Assembly (NCBI GenBank): GCA_030770535.1 | Contig: JASVEC010000027.1 | Location: forward strand, 1 to 64,000 | Length of the DNA stretch: 64,000 bases | Direction: 5' to 3' | Source: Batkoa obscura | Taxonomy: Eukaryota | Program-made: the position numbers and the translations under genes | Notes under the pieces: model-generated | What the model was told of the DNA's origin: nothing | The model's database searches: none | The model's input: the letters and a program-made list of their open reading frames with translations, nothing else | Shown here: positions 52,299 to 64,000 of the stretch, piece after piece | Numbering within the stretch: position 1 is the first letter of the stretch | Layout of the letters: every line of letters begins with the position of its first letter

Positions 52299-54344
52299 CT
52301 AATCAACACGCTGAGTAAAATTGGAAGGAAATATACCTCTAGTAGCCACCCCGGTATTTGGGTCCACAAATTCGCCTTCCCACCAGCCATCATCATGGGT
52401 AGCTAATACCGCTAGTATTTGCCCTTGTTGAATCGTTAGCTCTTGTTCCATTTCTCTTAAATAATCGTAGAGTACTCGTACTAAGGCTTGATTAATACAT
52501 CAATTACTAAATAATTCAATTCACTTACCAAAAAACAAAGGTCTAGCAACAGGATAACTTGGTGGAGCAGAAGGAGTAGCTAAGGGTGGAGATACAACTT
52601 GCATATTTAAATTAGAGATAGTAGAAGACGAATTTAGTTCATTAGTACTAATATTAGCAGCTTTTAAATTAGAACTTGATGGATTCTTTATTTCTTTATT
52701 ATTCTTTTCTTCTTCAATGACTTCATCATAAAAGGATGCCAATGAACTTGATGCTTTGATGTTGTTGTTACTGCCATTTGATGGCGATGGGCTTTTTAAA
52801 TCGTCACTAGAATCATTTTGTCGACTACTACTATATTGATTTAGATTTCCAGTACTTTTACTAGCTGCTGTTGTTTTCGTAGGTGAGGTAGGTGAATCAA
52901 CACTGTTTGATTTTGACTTATTATTATTAATATTAAACAATGAATTGCTTGCTGAAAAATGATGGGGAACTTTGAAAGCTTTTTTGAATAGCTGAGCAGG
53001 CTTTGCCATTGAAAAGCTATTAGAACTTTCTTCCAAAGGAGAATCTAAGCTTGGTATTTCATAAATAGGTGAGCCGTCTACTTCATAGTCTGGATCAAAC
53101 CCAGTAGCTCTTTCATCAATAAATGTTTGAATTTCTTTTGAAGCAACAAGTTGTTGTAAATTGGTACGTATTTTTTCAGAAGACTAAATGATTGTTTATT
53201 ATCTAGTATTGCTTTCAAAATCTTATTCTTACCTCATCATCTTTGACACACACTTCTGCAACTGCGTTGGAATAGTCCCAAATCACTTTTTTTAAAAAAT
53301 CGTTTCTTTGTTCTTCTAATTCTTGAAATACCTATAGTTTATTAACGTTGAATCAATTTATTTGAAAACCGCTTACCCGGCACGAAACTCTCCAATCATG
53401 CTGCCAGATTTTAGTGGCTTCTTCAAGTTCCCCTGAAAGTTGAGAATAGTCCGTTTCTATATTTATAAGTTATTGATCCCAAAAATATAATTAAATTACC
53501 TAGTTGTTTAATCTTTTGATGCCTTTGTTGAATCTAAATAATAAACAATAAAAATTAAACAATTGTGTACGTTTATATTATTAGACTTACTTTTTCGATA
53601 TCTTTTGCAGCCGATGAATTAATAGCTTCCATGCTATTTGCTTTTGTTTTTTCATTTAAATATTTTTCTTTAATCTAATTATAAATTAGATTGATAAGGT
53701 AAAAATAAACAAATGTTACCTTTAATAAATTGGCATGTTTCAATGATTTACTTTTAGACGATCTTTCTATAATAGCTGCTTGCTACTTCTATTTAATACA
53801 CATCTTATATAAAAACTAAATAGATATTACTTCTTTTCTTTTCTCCCTTTGTTGATTAATAAATATGGATAGCTTACTTTCGATATCGCTTTTTATCTTT
53901 GTGCTTAACTCAATGTGAGCGTTACCACTTGCTTCCAACTCGCTTCTAAGACGACTTAAAGACTTTTGTAAATGGCTAAGGACATTAATAAATTTACTAA
54001 AATTTTAATTATATTCCTTACCCACTCTCGTCTTTTCCAATATCACATTTTGAGATTTTTAACAATTTTTTACCATATTCTTCTTCAAGTTGAGCTCTAA
54101 AAATATTAAAATATTAAAACAATATTAAAATTTTAAATTACCTCGAGTTAAGTATAGTTTTTAATTCGTTACACGTTTGTTTTGCTTTACGCATCTTATT
54201 CATCAAGGTCTCAACGCCTCTATCATCTTTTCCCTGAATAAAAGTTACTAATTATACTTCCTAAAATGAATTAATGATTACCCAAAATGAATTTTCAAAT
54301 GATCGAGGTTGAGTTCCATCTTCTTTATTGTCTCCGACCATCAT
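52299..54344 (-). CDS. F-BAR (FCH) plus SH3 cytokinesis protein, Cdc15/Hof1/Imp2 family, intron-rich
   Basis: FENSFWGKDDRGVETLMNKM...RAQLEEEYGKKLLKIS; Ser-rich linker; SH3 VLYDY...EL...GWWEG...GIFPSNF. Confidence 0.9.
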
Positions 54345-54867
54345 ACAGAATAATTTAAAATTTAAAAAATAAAATTTCAAAGCTTTGAGTTTTTCAGTTG
54401 TCTACGAACTACTTTTAACCCTAGCGGAGAAATTGAATCATTTTTATAATTTATTTGATTGGCTAAGGTAAAAATTTCAAGACTAAACATTGATTAAGTG
54501 CCCATGCTAAGGGACTTGACTTTGAGTTTTGGACTCATATTCATTAAATTTGATCTATTTTTATGTATGATTTATATCTTTTCTTGGTCTTTTATTTTTA
54601 TACTTTGCCAAGTAGTAATTCAAGTTATATTTTCTATTCACTTTAAGCTAATAATGCTTACTAAATAAAATTTTATAGCTTAATTATTCAACTAATTTTG
54701 GAAATAAAATTAGTTTTGTTTTAGTTGTTTTTTATAAACTGTAATGATAATTTATTTTATCATTTAAATTGTATTAATTTACGTTCAATCATCAACTTTT
54801 GCACTAAATAAATGCAGTCAATTTCAACCAAATTCGTAAAAAATTAACTTCACTTTTTTTTTTAAAA

Positions 54868-55671
54868 ATGGCTTCATTATTACCAAGATTAGATACCCCT
54901 TCAACGTATAAGGACAATAAAAATCCAGTAAGCAAATAAACATGAAAAAGTAACAATCTAAACCAAGAGAATAGTTGGAAAAAGCGGAACTTGCTAAAAA
55001 GTTGGAACAAAGTTCAACTTTATACGTAGGTAACTTGTCGTTTTATACTTCTGAAGAGCAAATCCATGAGTTGTTTTCCAAATGTGGCGAGATCAAACGT
55101 ATCATTATGGGTTTAGATCGTATGAAGAAAACTCCTTGTGGTTTTTGTTTCGTTGAGTAAGAAACCAATAATTAATAAAAATTAATAATTGGTAATCAAT
55201 TTTAGATATTACTCTCATGAAGACGCTGTGGATTGTTTAAAATTCTTGAATAGTACCAAGTTAGACGATAGAATAATAAGAACAGATATTGATCCTGGAT
55301 TTATGGAAGGTCGTCAATTCGGTCGTGGACGTAATGGAGGACAAGTAAAAACTTGACTAAATTTAATCATATATATTTATTTTGCTTAGGTAAGAGATGA
55401 ATTCCGTACTGAATTCGATGCAGGAAGAGGAGGATGGGGACATCAAAAAGCCAGTATTGAAAAGAATCGTGAAAATGTACTTAAAGATACTTACGAGAAT
55501 ATGGTCCATGCACCTACTGGGGCTTCTAATAGCTTTAATGCTTCAAAGAGTAAGAATATTTATGATTTTGTTTAGCTTATTAAATGTTTTTTAGATGATA
55601 AGAAGAAACGTGGACGTGGAGATGACGATGAAGAGGAAGAGGGAAATAATAACAAAAGAACAAACAATTAA
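54868..55671 (+). CDS. CBC2: Nuclear cap-binding protein subunit 2 (CBP20), multi-exon
   Basis: [71 protein letters not shown]. Confidence 0.96.
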
Positions 55672-56883
55672 AGTGTATTGCACGCATTTATAGATGGACA
55701 GTTTAAATGTTTCAATTTACTAGCTCAATACGAATTAAAAAATTCCATCAATTAAATAAATTATTAAGCTGATTTTGAAAGATTGTTTTAAAAAAAAATT
55801 GTTTATCATTTTTAAGTATTTATTACTGTCTAGAGAGATGTACTGTTTATGTACACCAATAACCTTAACTATTATATGTAGATCTGAATTTTAGTTTATT
55901 AACTTTTAGACTGTTTTACTATGTAATGATTTCAAATGTATTTGAGTTAGAACGGACTGTAGTTACAAGACTTCCGTTGTTTTTAATCCGGAGTTAAAGT
56001 TTTTAATATCAATTTAAGGATATATAAAAGTCTACAGCCCTCAAATTCATACTAGAAAAAAATAACTACAGATTAAAAGCAACAAAAGATATCTAACTGC
56101 AAGTTGCTCAATAATTTGAAAATACATTATTTCGCTTCAATATTTTGTGCACTTTTTGAAGTTCAAACTTTAAGAAATTTAGTCGAATTCTTAACAAAAA
56201 GGCACTCCCAGTATTGCTTTTAAACTAATTTGTATTTAGATGTATTTATATGAAGGTTTATAAATAGTACTATAAATTAAAGATACACTATGAAATACTG
56301 GGACAGGTATATAATTTTCAAGTAAATGCATTCGAAATTAAAAATTGTAGAGTTTCAATTGCATAAGAAATAACATAAAGGTCTACTATATACCCAAGTA
56401 AAATAAAAAATATTGAATAAATCATTGGTGATAAATGACTTTTCAATTCACTAATCATATATGAGAGTCTTTTTTTCTGTTTTGTTCAACTTTATTTTAT
56501 TTCCGGTTAATAGCTAATTATCATTGTTCATTTATTGTCTATTACAATATAGGCTTAAAGCATAGCTCCTTCACTTTTAAATAAAAGATATTAAAATACG
56601 AAAATGAAAACAATGCTTGGGAATAGGATGCCTGAATTCTGTATTAATCTAACTTCAGTATAGTTCTATAATTTTGGTTTTTAAAATACTATAATAAAAG
56701 TATCAAGTCCTATTCAATCAACATCAAAATAAATTTATTCAAGCTATACTTAAAGAAACATTATAATATAATAATAGTCGATAGTGCTACTTTAAAAATT
56801 AATTGATGGTTCTATCACAAAACAGGTTAAACTCAAACTATAAAAACCAAACATGACAATGTATTCAAATTACTCTTCAATGT

Positions 56884-57297
56884 TTATGGCACGTATTTTA
56901 TCCAATTTGACTTTAGCATTTGTTTAAATATGTTACAAATTTTCGGATCCTTATAGCACGGTATATAAGTAATAAGAAAGAAAGGAGTAGTAAGTTTATA
57001 GCTAATGTTTGGCTTTACTCTATTTAAATTAAAAGATTCAATTTTAATAACCTTGAGGCTTCTATCATTCAAATACAAATGTTTCATTATTGATGTATTG
57101 TTTTATAAACTTTTGTTAATACAATTTATATTTACTATCATTGCAATATATTGAATATACCGAGTTATATTTAATAACCCTACTTATAATGTCGGATAAA
57201 TATTTAAGAAATACAATTCAAGTAAAAGTGTCGGGTTTAACAGTTGAAATATTTCTTCTAATAATATGCCTAGTAGTTGATCGAATTTCATTGTCAT
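56884..57297 (-). pseudogene. Internally deleted F-box/LRR paralog
   Basis: MTMKFDQLLGILLEEIFQLLNP..KYLSDIISRVI..QKFI..MKHLYLND matches the N-terminus of the 62445-63707 protein and joins directly to a segment matching its C-terminus (SYKLTTPFFLITYI vs EYLPTTLILLITRI); frameshifts and a stop. Confidence 0.75.
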
Positions 57298-58757
57298 TTT
57301 ACAGGGTGGGTATAGCGTAAAGTAACATTTTTAAAGCTTGATAAAAAAATCAAAAAAATTGCTAAAAATAAATTAAACAGATCAAAATTAAAACTCCAAA
57401 AGAATTAATACGAGTGTAAAAGCATATTATTATTTATTTTGAATTAACATATTGTAAACTAATCATGTTATTAATATTGAAGCAACATGAGCTGTAAAAA
57501 ATCTTCCCAAGCTTTTTAGCTAAAAATCAAAATCACTTTTTCAATATTAAACTTTAATTATTTATTTTATCTATATAAAATAATTTTTGATTTTTGATTT
57601 TTTTACTAGTAAAAAATTCTACTAGCATTTTTCAAATATAAGAAACTTTTTAAAAAAATATTTATTATTTACATCATAATTTTTTTAAGAAAAATAAGGA
57701 AAAATTTTATTAAAAACAAATAAATAATATCTATATTCATATGCTTTAAAATTATTCTTAGATGCAACTTTTATTGTTATTTATTAAAAACAAGCTTGAT
57801 TATCCATTTTAAAATCCTTGGTTTTTAAAAACAAATTTACACACACATTGTTAAAAAAGTCTTTTTAGGTAATAAATATATATAGTAGTGGAGCTTTACA
57901 AAATTGATATCATATAAAAAAAAGGCTTGGTTATATTTATAGAATGTTTTATTTGAAAAAGTTATATTAAAAAGTATTAAAGTTAAGATTTTTAATATGA
58001 AATTAGATTCTAAAAGTGTATTTTTGGAAAATAAATTCTTATGTCCTTTTTTTTAATACTTAATAACTTCTTTATTTTATAAGATTAAAAAATCAAAAAA
58101 ATAGAAATGATATTTAAACATTATTAATTTATCATTAACCTTTTTTAAATATTTTCTTTTATTATTTTTCTATAGGGCCTTTAAAGTCGTTGTTTTAAAC
58201 TAAAAACACTCTGAACATAAAATCAACAAAAAAATTTTAAATGAAAAAATACGCTTTTTATAGTTTCTTCTGTTAGGTAGGTTTATTCAACTGTTGTCAT
58301 TCATATGGTTCAAAAGCAGTAAAGGTATAGCTTTAACACCAAATATCCGTCAAATCTAAAAATAAAGCATTATCAAACTGGATTTTTTCAACTGTTGCAT
58401 TTATACTTTTACTATTTATGAAGAGCATGAATGATAGCAGAAAAAACAGGCCTACATAATATTATAATCAATCAATTTATAAAGATTAAAAGTCTATTAT
58501 CTCAATTCCAAGCATATCGCATATGTATTGATGTTTATTAATATTTTAGGTTTAAACCAGAAGGCTTAGAATAAAGTTTGTTTCATTAGGGTTTTCTACT
58601 TCAGGCTTTAAAGCTTTCTGGAATCCTGATAGTAAATATCAAAAGTCTGATAGGCTGTATAAAATTATATGTATAAAATTAAAACCATCTGAAGCCCTTA
58701 CTTTGATGACATTATAAACAAATACATAAAGATTCAACAATTTAAAAAAAAATCAAG

Positions 58758-59560
58758 ATGGCTGATTTTTATGATTTAATAAAAAGGATGGCAAGCATTT
58801 CAATTTGTTTAGATGGTGGAGTTTGTTAGCTCTGAAGCATAAAGTAAGGAAACTGTTATTTTGATATAAAAAATTAAGTTTATTTATTAGGGAGTAGAAT
58901 TTAACCCTCATGGTCTTACGTATATTGAGATTTTTAAAAGAATTCCAGAGTTAAGGTAATAACTTAAACATATTTTATAATTTATTTAACTAAAGGTAAA
59001 GCAATGGAGGATGAAGTAAAATACCATTTATAAAATTCGATGATGAAGCTATCACTTACAAACTACTAAAGATAGGAGACTGTCTTGAATAAAAATATTC
59101 AGAAAACCCCCTATTCCTTAATAGTCGCTACTTTGCTACTTTTTTGGAAGACTATTCAACAATATTTATGCCATTGGTTAAAGCAATAGCTATGGACGTT
59201 TATAACTCATTAGAAAATAAAGAAGAGTATTTTCGTACCACTAAAAAAGCAATTTCAAAAACAACTTTAGAAGAGCCTGCCACTAATAAAAAAGATCATA
59301 AAGAAGCAGTTCAAAATTTGTTTATTCCTTTCGGTGAAACGTTATTTAAAACCAAGTACTTAGAAGGTGACAAGCTATATCATTCAGCTTATATTATGTT
59401 TGCTCAGCTTAAATCAGCACAAATAATCTCAATTTCCACCTTTGATGACGTTGTTACAAACCGTCAAGATCTAGTTTTAAAGCGTTGGTTTAATTACATT
59501 CAAAATCTTTATGATGTGTTTACCGCTTCATTCAAACCTTGGGTTTTATTTTTAAAATAA
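58758..59560 (+). pseudogene. Glutathione S-transferase (LigE/beta-etherase-like) pseudogene
   Basis: MADFYDL..DGKHF..W..LLALKHK-GVEF; YFRTTKK..TTLEE; YLEGDK..YIMF; KRWF...LYD; frameshifts and stops in the N-terminal half; intron 58844-58890. Confidence 0.75.
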
Positions 59561-59924
59561 AAATGTAAAACTACAATGTGTATTGAGTTTATTATATGTT
59601 ATTAGTTAGAATTAGACGCCTTTATTCATGACTTTTACTTATTTTAAAATGTTTACTCTTAGATTCAATATTTAATGACAAAACATCATTTCTCTATCTT
59701 GATTTTTACACGTGGTATTATTTTAATAGTGGTATACATTTAAAAAACAATGTAAGTGTTATAAAAACTATGTTGATATTTATTTATAATTGCAATATTT
59801 TAAAAAATTCAAATGTTAAAACGTTATATAAGCTTAATCAAAACAGGAATGCTTAGAAAAGGTAAAAGGAGAGCAGTCAAGTAGTTGTAGCTTTTAAAAT
59901 CATAATAAAATGGCTATAAATTCA

Positions 59925-61115
59925 TTATGAATTAAACCAGGATAGATTTGTAGTAGTGTTTATTATTTTAAAAGCTTCAGCGGTCGTGTTACTTCTAAGA
60001 GGAGAAATAAGAGGCAGTGGGTTTATAAGTTGATGGTCTAGACTTCCTACGTTTTGTACAGTTTTAGGTTTGTTGATTCGAGGTACTTCAAGGTTTTGGA
60101 ATACAAATACAAAATTCAAGGGTTGGTTACTAATACATTTAAACTTATCAAGCGTAATTCGATAATATATTTACATATATATGAAATAAATCCCTTCTTA
60201 TTAATGACTTTTTTTACTTCTGTTGTGTCAAAGAAAATATTTTGAAGATTTGGTAGCTTACAAATTTAATTTATTACTTCTACTCCACACCTTTTTACAC
60301 ATCTTTGTTTGATGCTGACGATCTCATAAGTTCATAATGCTATGCATTAGACGGGTTAAAGAAACCCAAACTGACAGCTTTGCTACTTTCAAATACCACT
60401 TTATTATCATCCTGATTGTATTTGAAAGCTTCAGTTAAATGGTCTATAAATTGTGCACCTTTAAATCTTTTGTAAACCATCAAAATATTTAATATTAAAA
60501 TTTTCATCCATCATCTGCCCTTCGATTAATAAATTCATTAGACGCTGGAATAGTTCTTCTGGCTTTTAAATATAGTACTCTCATTTTTTATGCTTTTTAA
60601 TCATATTTAATTGAAATAAGTCCAAGAAAAGGGTTCAGTTTAATGTTTTTAAATCAAAGAGTTTAGTAAATGGATCAATGGCTATGTCACTTCCATTAAA
60701 TTTGAGTGATTTGATCTGCTTCAAATGCTCTGAAAACAGCTCAGTCGCTTAGCAGAACCGGTAATTGTCAATCTCTTTGACCCACTTAACTCCAATATAT
60801 TAACAGTACTTTTTTAAGACTAGAGCTACCCTTAAAGCATATCAATACTAAATTAAGACGATGATTTGATAAATCGATTGTCTTTTCAGTTACAATCAAA
60901 TGTCTTACTAGCTCTCCATGCTCATTTATAAATCTCTCTTGATATTTGCAAAATTTGCCAATTGTGTAAACTGACTAAATTAAATAGTATTGATAATCCG
61001 GTTTGTGAGGGTACATAAACATTTTAAAAAGCGGGCTTTACGTATATATCCTGGCCTATCAGTTAAAATACTACTAGCAATAAGTAGTCTGGGAAATCTT
61101 CGAATTGTGTTGCAT
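59925..61115 (-). pseudogene. Full-length decayed F-box/LRR paralog
   Basis: FPDYLLLVVF, QERFINEHGELVRHL (vs QVKFIRENGELMKEL) and NFVFVFQNLEV (vs TFVKLFPNLEL); multiple stops and frameshifts. Confidence 0.75.
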
Positions 61116-62444
61116 TTCGAACTAAATTAAAACCAGAAAAATCGCAATCAACTTTTAAATCTGTTCACAAATTATGGGTTATAATAAAGTAATTTGCCTT
61201 TTCAGCAAAACGATAGAGACAAGTCGAAAATTTGAACTGAATAAAAATGTCAGCCAAGTTAAATTAAATGATCAATTTTTTTTGGCTGATTTTTTGCAAA
61301 AATCCAGGATTAAATCTAAACGATCTGAAAATAATCACTTTATTGTTTAACATTGCAGTTTATGTAGCTTACCAAAATTAAAGTTAATCAAGATGAAGAA
61401 AACTAGCCACAATCTTAATCAAAATTTTAGACTTGTTCAAATAAGCAACTTTTAGAGAAGCATACCTATATCTTGACAAAAATAGTATGTCTACCTTGGT
61501 TACCAACATTTCATTCACTGACAGTAACAATAGGTTAAAGCACTTCTTATAATACAACAATATTTATTACTTTCTTATACTTACCAGTCGATCTCTTAAC
61601 CAAATTTCTACCTTTTTACTGGTTTTTTTGTAACAAAGTCCTTGAGAGTTTCGACTCTATGGCTTCTAAATTATATCTATAACCACTGTATTTATCTATA
61701 TAAAATCACTACTTGATTGATTATCGGTAATAATTTACTTTAGATTTTTTTAATTATGTTTATGATATTTATAATTTTTAAATATACATAGACTGTAAGA
61801 CGATGAGTATTAGGAGGTGGATAAGTCGAATAGTGGGATCCATCTAAGAGTTTTAATGTAATAGGTACTTTAAATAAATGTTTAATAATACTAGATGAAT
61901 ATAGTTAATTATAGATACTGTTGGTTGAAATATAAAGTTCGTGTGTTGTCTGATAACTTAGACAACCAAAAAGAGCCAATTTAGATATTAAATTCAATAT
62001 CATCAAAAATATCATTATTATAAATTTTTTTGTAGTTCTAATACTATTATTGTATCATTAAGATTAGTTGCAAATTCAATAAAGCTATGATAGTTTTTGT
62101 CTAAAATATATAGCAAAGTCCATATAAAATGTTTATGGTAGTAAATTTTAACAACTTTGTTAAAACATTATAAGTTTTTGTAAAGCTTTTATAGAAAAAG
62201 GATAATACTGAAGATAAGTAGAATGAATAATTAAAGGACATATTATAAAAACAATGCAAAGAAAGTTACCTTAATATTCAGTATAAATAAACCATATATG
62301 TGAAATTATTTATAATATTGGGATAGATTATTACTTTATGATATAAATGTAAAAAATAAAAACATAAAAATTATTATAGTCTAACTTTATTCTATTTTCC
62401 ATAGCTATTAAAATGATAAACATTATAAATTGATCATTAAATCT

Positions 62445-63707
62445 TTATAGTTCTATTAAATTTAATTTTCGGATGCCCTTTAGCCTTCTATAGGCGCCTA
62501 AAGAGGTTTCAGGATCAATACGAGTAATAAGCAGTATTAGGGTAGTAGGTAGATATTCAATTTCTGACAATGCATGTTGAAGAGTAAGACAGTTAACATT
62601 AATCAATTCAAGGTTTGGAAATAACTTGACAAAAGTTAATAGCTTGCCAATTGTAGTGTTGAAATTATTGATTGAAATTTTTTTTACATATTTGCATTTA
62701 TAAAAATCCAAATTCAAATAATTAAGATTAACTTCATTTAAAGCTATTTTATTAATATGAAGCATTTGGATATTTGGCAATTCTTGAATTCCTTTCAAGA
62801 CTTCTTTCTTGAATTTTTTAACGTGTATCTCTTTTAACGCTGAAGACTTAAAAAAGTCATAACTAAGTAGATATCCAGAATTAGAGTACCCAAGTGAAGT
62901 AATATTACTTCTTTCAATAAATTTTATATTATCATTGTCATTGAAAAAATTACGTGACAAGTCCCTTAATTTTATACTTTTGAGCTTTTTTAGGTCTCCA
63001 AAACTTTGAATACCTACTCCATTCTCGAACTTTCCACTAATTGATAGTTCCAGATTTGAATTGAAATTCAAATCTGGATTTAGTTCAGCGGTTGTAAAAA
63101 AGCTCTTTGAAGCTAATAGCTCTAATTTTTCTAATTTATTAAACTTTGATTTGATAATATCTAATCCGTCAAGATTAAAAAAAAGTTCTCTACAAACAAC
63201 CTCGAGTGATTTTAATTTGTTTGGATTTAAATACTTAATAACATCTTTAATACTTTCACTATTTACACCAAGTGTAATTATTTCCATCTGGCTTAAATAA
63301 TTACTAAAACACTCTAAAATATTTGCAACTTCACAGAAATCTATACATAATTTTGTCAACTTTGGTAGTTCAATATTAATATTAGATGGGATTGTATCAT
63401 AACTTTGGTAAAATGCTATAATATTAATACATTTTAAATTGATGCAATTCTTTATAAATCCAATATTTTGATCATCTAAAAGTAGTTCTTTCATCAACTC
63501 TCCATTTTCTCGAATAAACTTTACTTGTAACTCATCAAATCTTCCATCGCTATATAGAGAATAAGCTAAATTGGATCTGATGACCCGTTTTATTATACTG
63601 AATAAATATTTACTCAAAAAACTGATATCAATTAATTCCTCTGGTCTAATTAGTTGAAATACTCTTTCTAATATGATGTCTGGTAAATAGTCGAACTGTA
63701 TTTTCAT
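62445..63707 (-). CDS. F-box protein with RNI/LRR-like repeats, intronless
   Basis: N-terminal LPDIILERVFQLI...SFLSK F-box motif followed by LxxLxL repeats; 420 aa. Confidence 0.85.
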   Translation of the reverse strand: MKIQFDYLPDIILERVFQLIRPEELIDISFLSKYLFSIIKRVIRSNLAYSLYSDGRFDELQVKFIRENGELMKELLLDDQNIGFIKNCINLKCINIIAFYQSYDTIPSNINIELPKLTKLCIDFCEVANILECFSNYLSQMEIITLGVNSESIKDVIKYLNPNKLKSLEVVCRELFFNLDGLDIIKSKFNKLEKLELLASKSFFTTAELNPDLNFNSNLELSISGKFENGVGIQSFGDLKKLKSIKLRDLSRNFFNDNDNIKFIERSNITSLGYSNSGYLLSYDFFKSSALKEIHVKKFKKEVLKGIQELPNIQMLHINKIALNEVNLNYLNLDFYKCKYVKKISINNFNTTIGKLLTFVKLFPNLELINVNCLTLQHALSEIEYLPTTLILLITRIDPETSLGAYRRLKGIRKLNLIEL

Positions 63708-63901
63708 TTAAATATAAATTTGATAAAATGTTTAGTTGGCTTTTGGACTTAGAAATTATTTGATAAATAGTAGAATAACTACTTTTTAACCAATGAAATG
63801 TGAAATTAGTTTAAAATTGGATCAAACTAGGAAGTCAAGGCGTTAGACTTAGAAGATTGAAAACCTGTGTAAACTAGTTATAAAAATAATATATTTATAC
63901 A

Positions 63902-63936
63902 ACTTTTACTTTTACTTTTACTTTTACTTTACTTTT
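63902..63936. repeat. (ACTTTT)n microsatellite
   Basis: Read directly, upstream of the F-box gene. Confidence 0.8.
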
Positions 63937-64000
63937 TTCTTTATCGTTCTTTAGCTTCTCTATCATTAAGAACAGATGGTATAACCTAAAGTTAAGTTAA

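Noticed and set aside
56455..56520. Possible additional MITE-A end (ATAT GAGAGTCTTTTTTT)
   Set aside because: Internal sequence and opposite terminus do not match the family.

Overview
AT-rich eukaryotic (fungal) genomic DNA with mostly 44-61 nt GT-AG introns. Gene content and intron style suggest an early-diverging fungus, possibly Entomophthoromycotina/Conidiobolus-like (inference). About 18 intact protein genes can be read, several only after manual splicing: a fungal TF lacking its Zn cluster, a divergent Cdc20-family WD40 protein, AIM25 scramblase, an MFS transporter, a homeobox TF, a myosin-motor chitin synthase, UPS1/PRELI, RRN7, a mitochondrial LEA protein, a pseudokinase-Sel1 protein, two tandem P450s, TRM10, an Spc19-like protein with a long extension, a CipC-like prion-like protein, SFC1, an F-BAR/SH3 protein, CBP20 and an F-box/LRR protein. 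There is also one tRNA-Arg(UCU) and six pseudogenes. Most notable unannotated structure: (1) a ~98-bp MITE present in at least 8 copies, with G...C termini and 4-bp ATAT/AATT target duplications (Sola1-like); (2) a second, Tc1/mariner-type MITE; (3) an apparent CC/GG-directed C-to-T decay signature shared by the pseudogenes and MITE termini, including a GT32 pseudogene whose five in-frame stops are all one base from TGG. All homology calls are by recognition of motifs; no searches were run.
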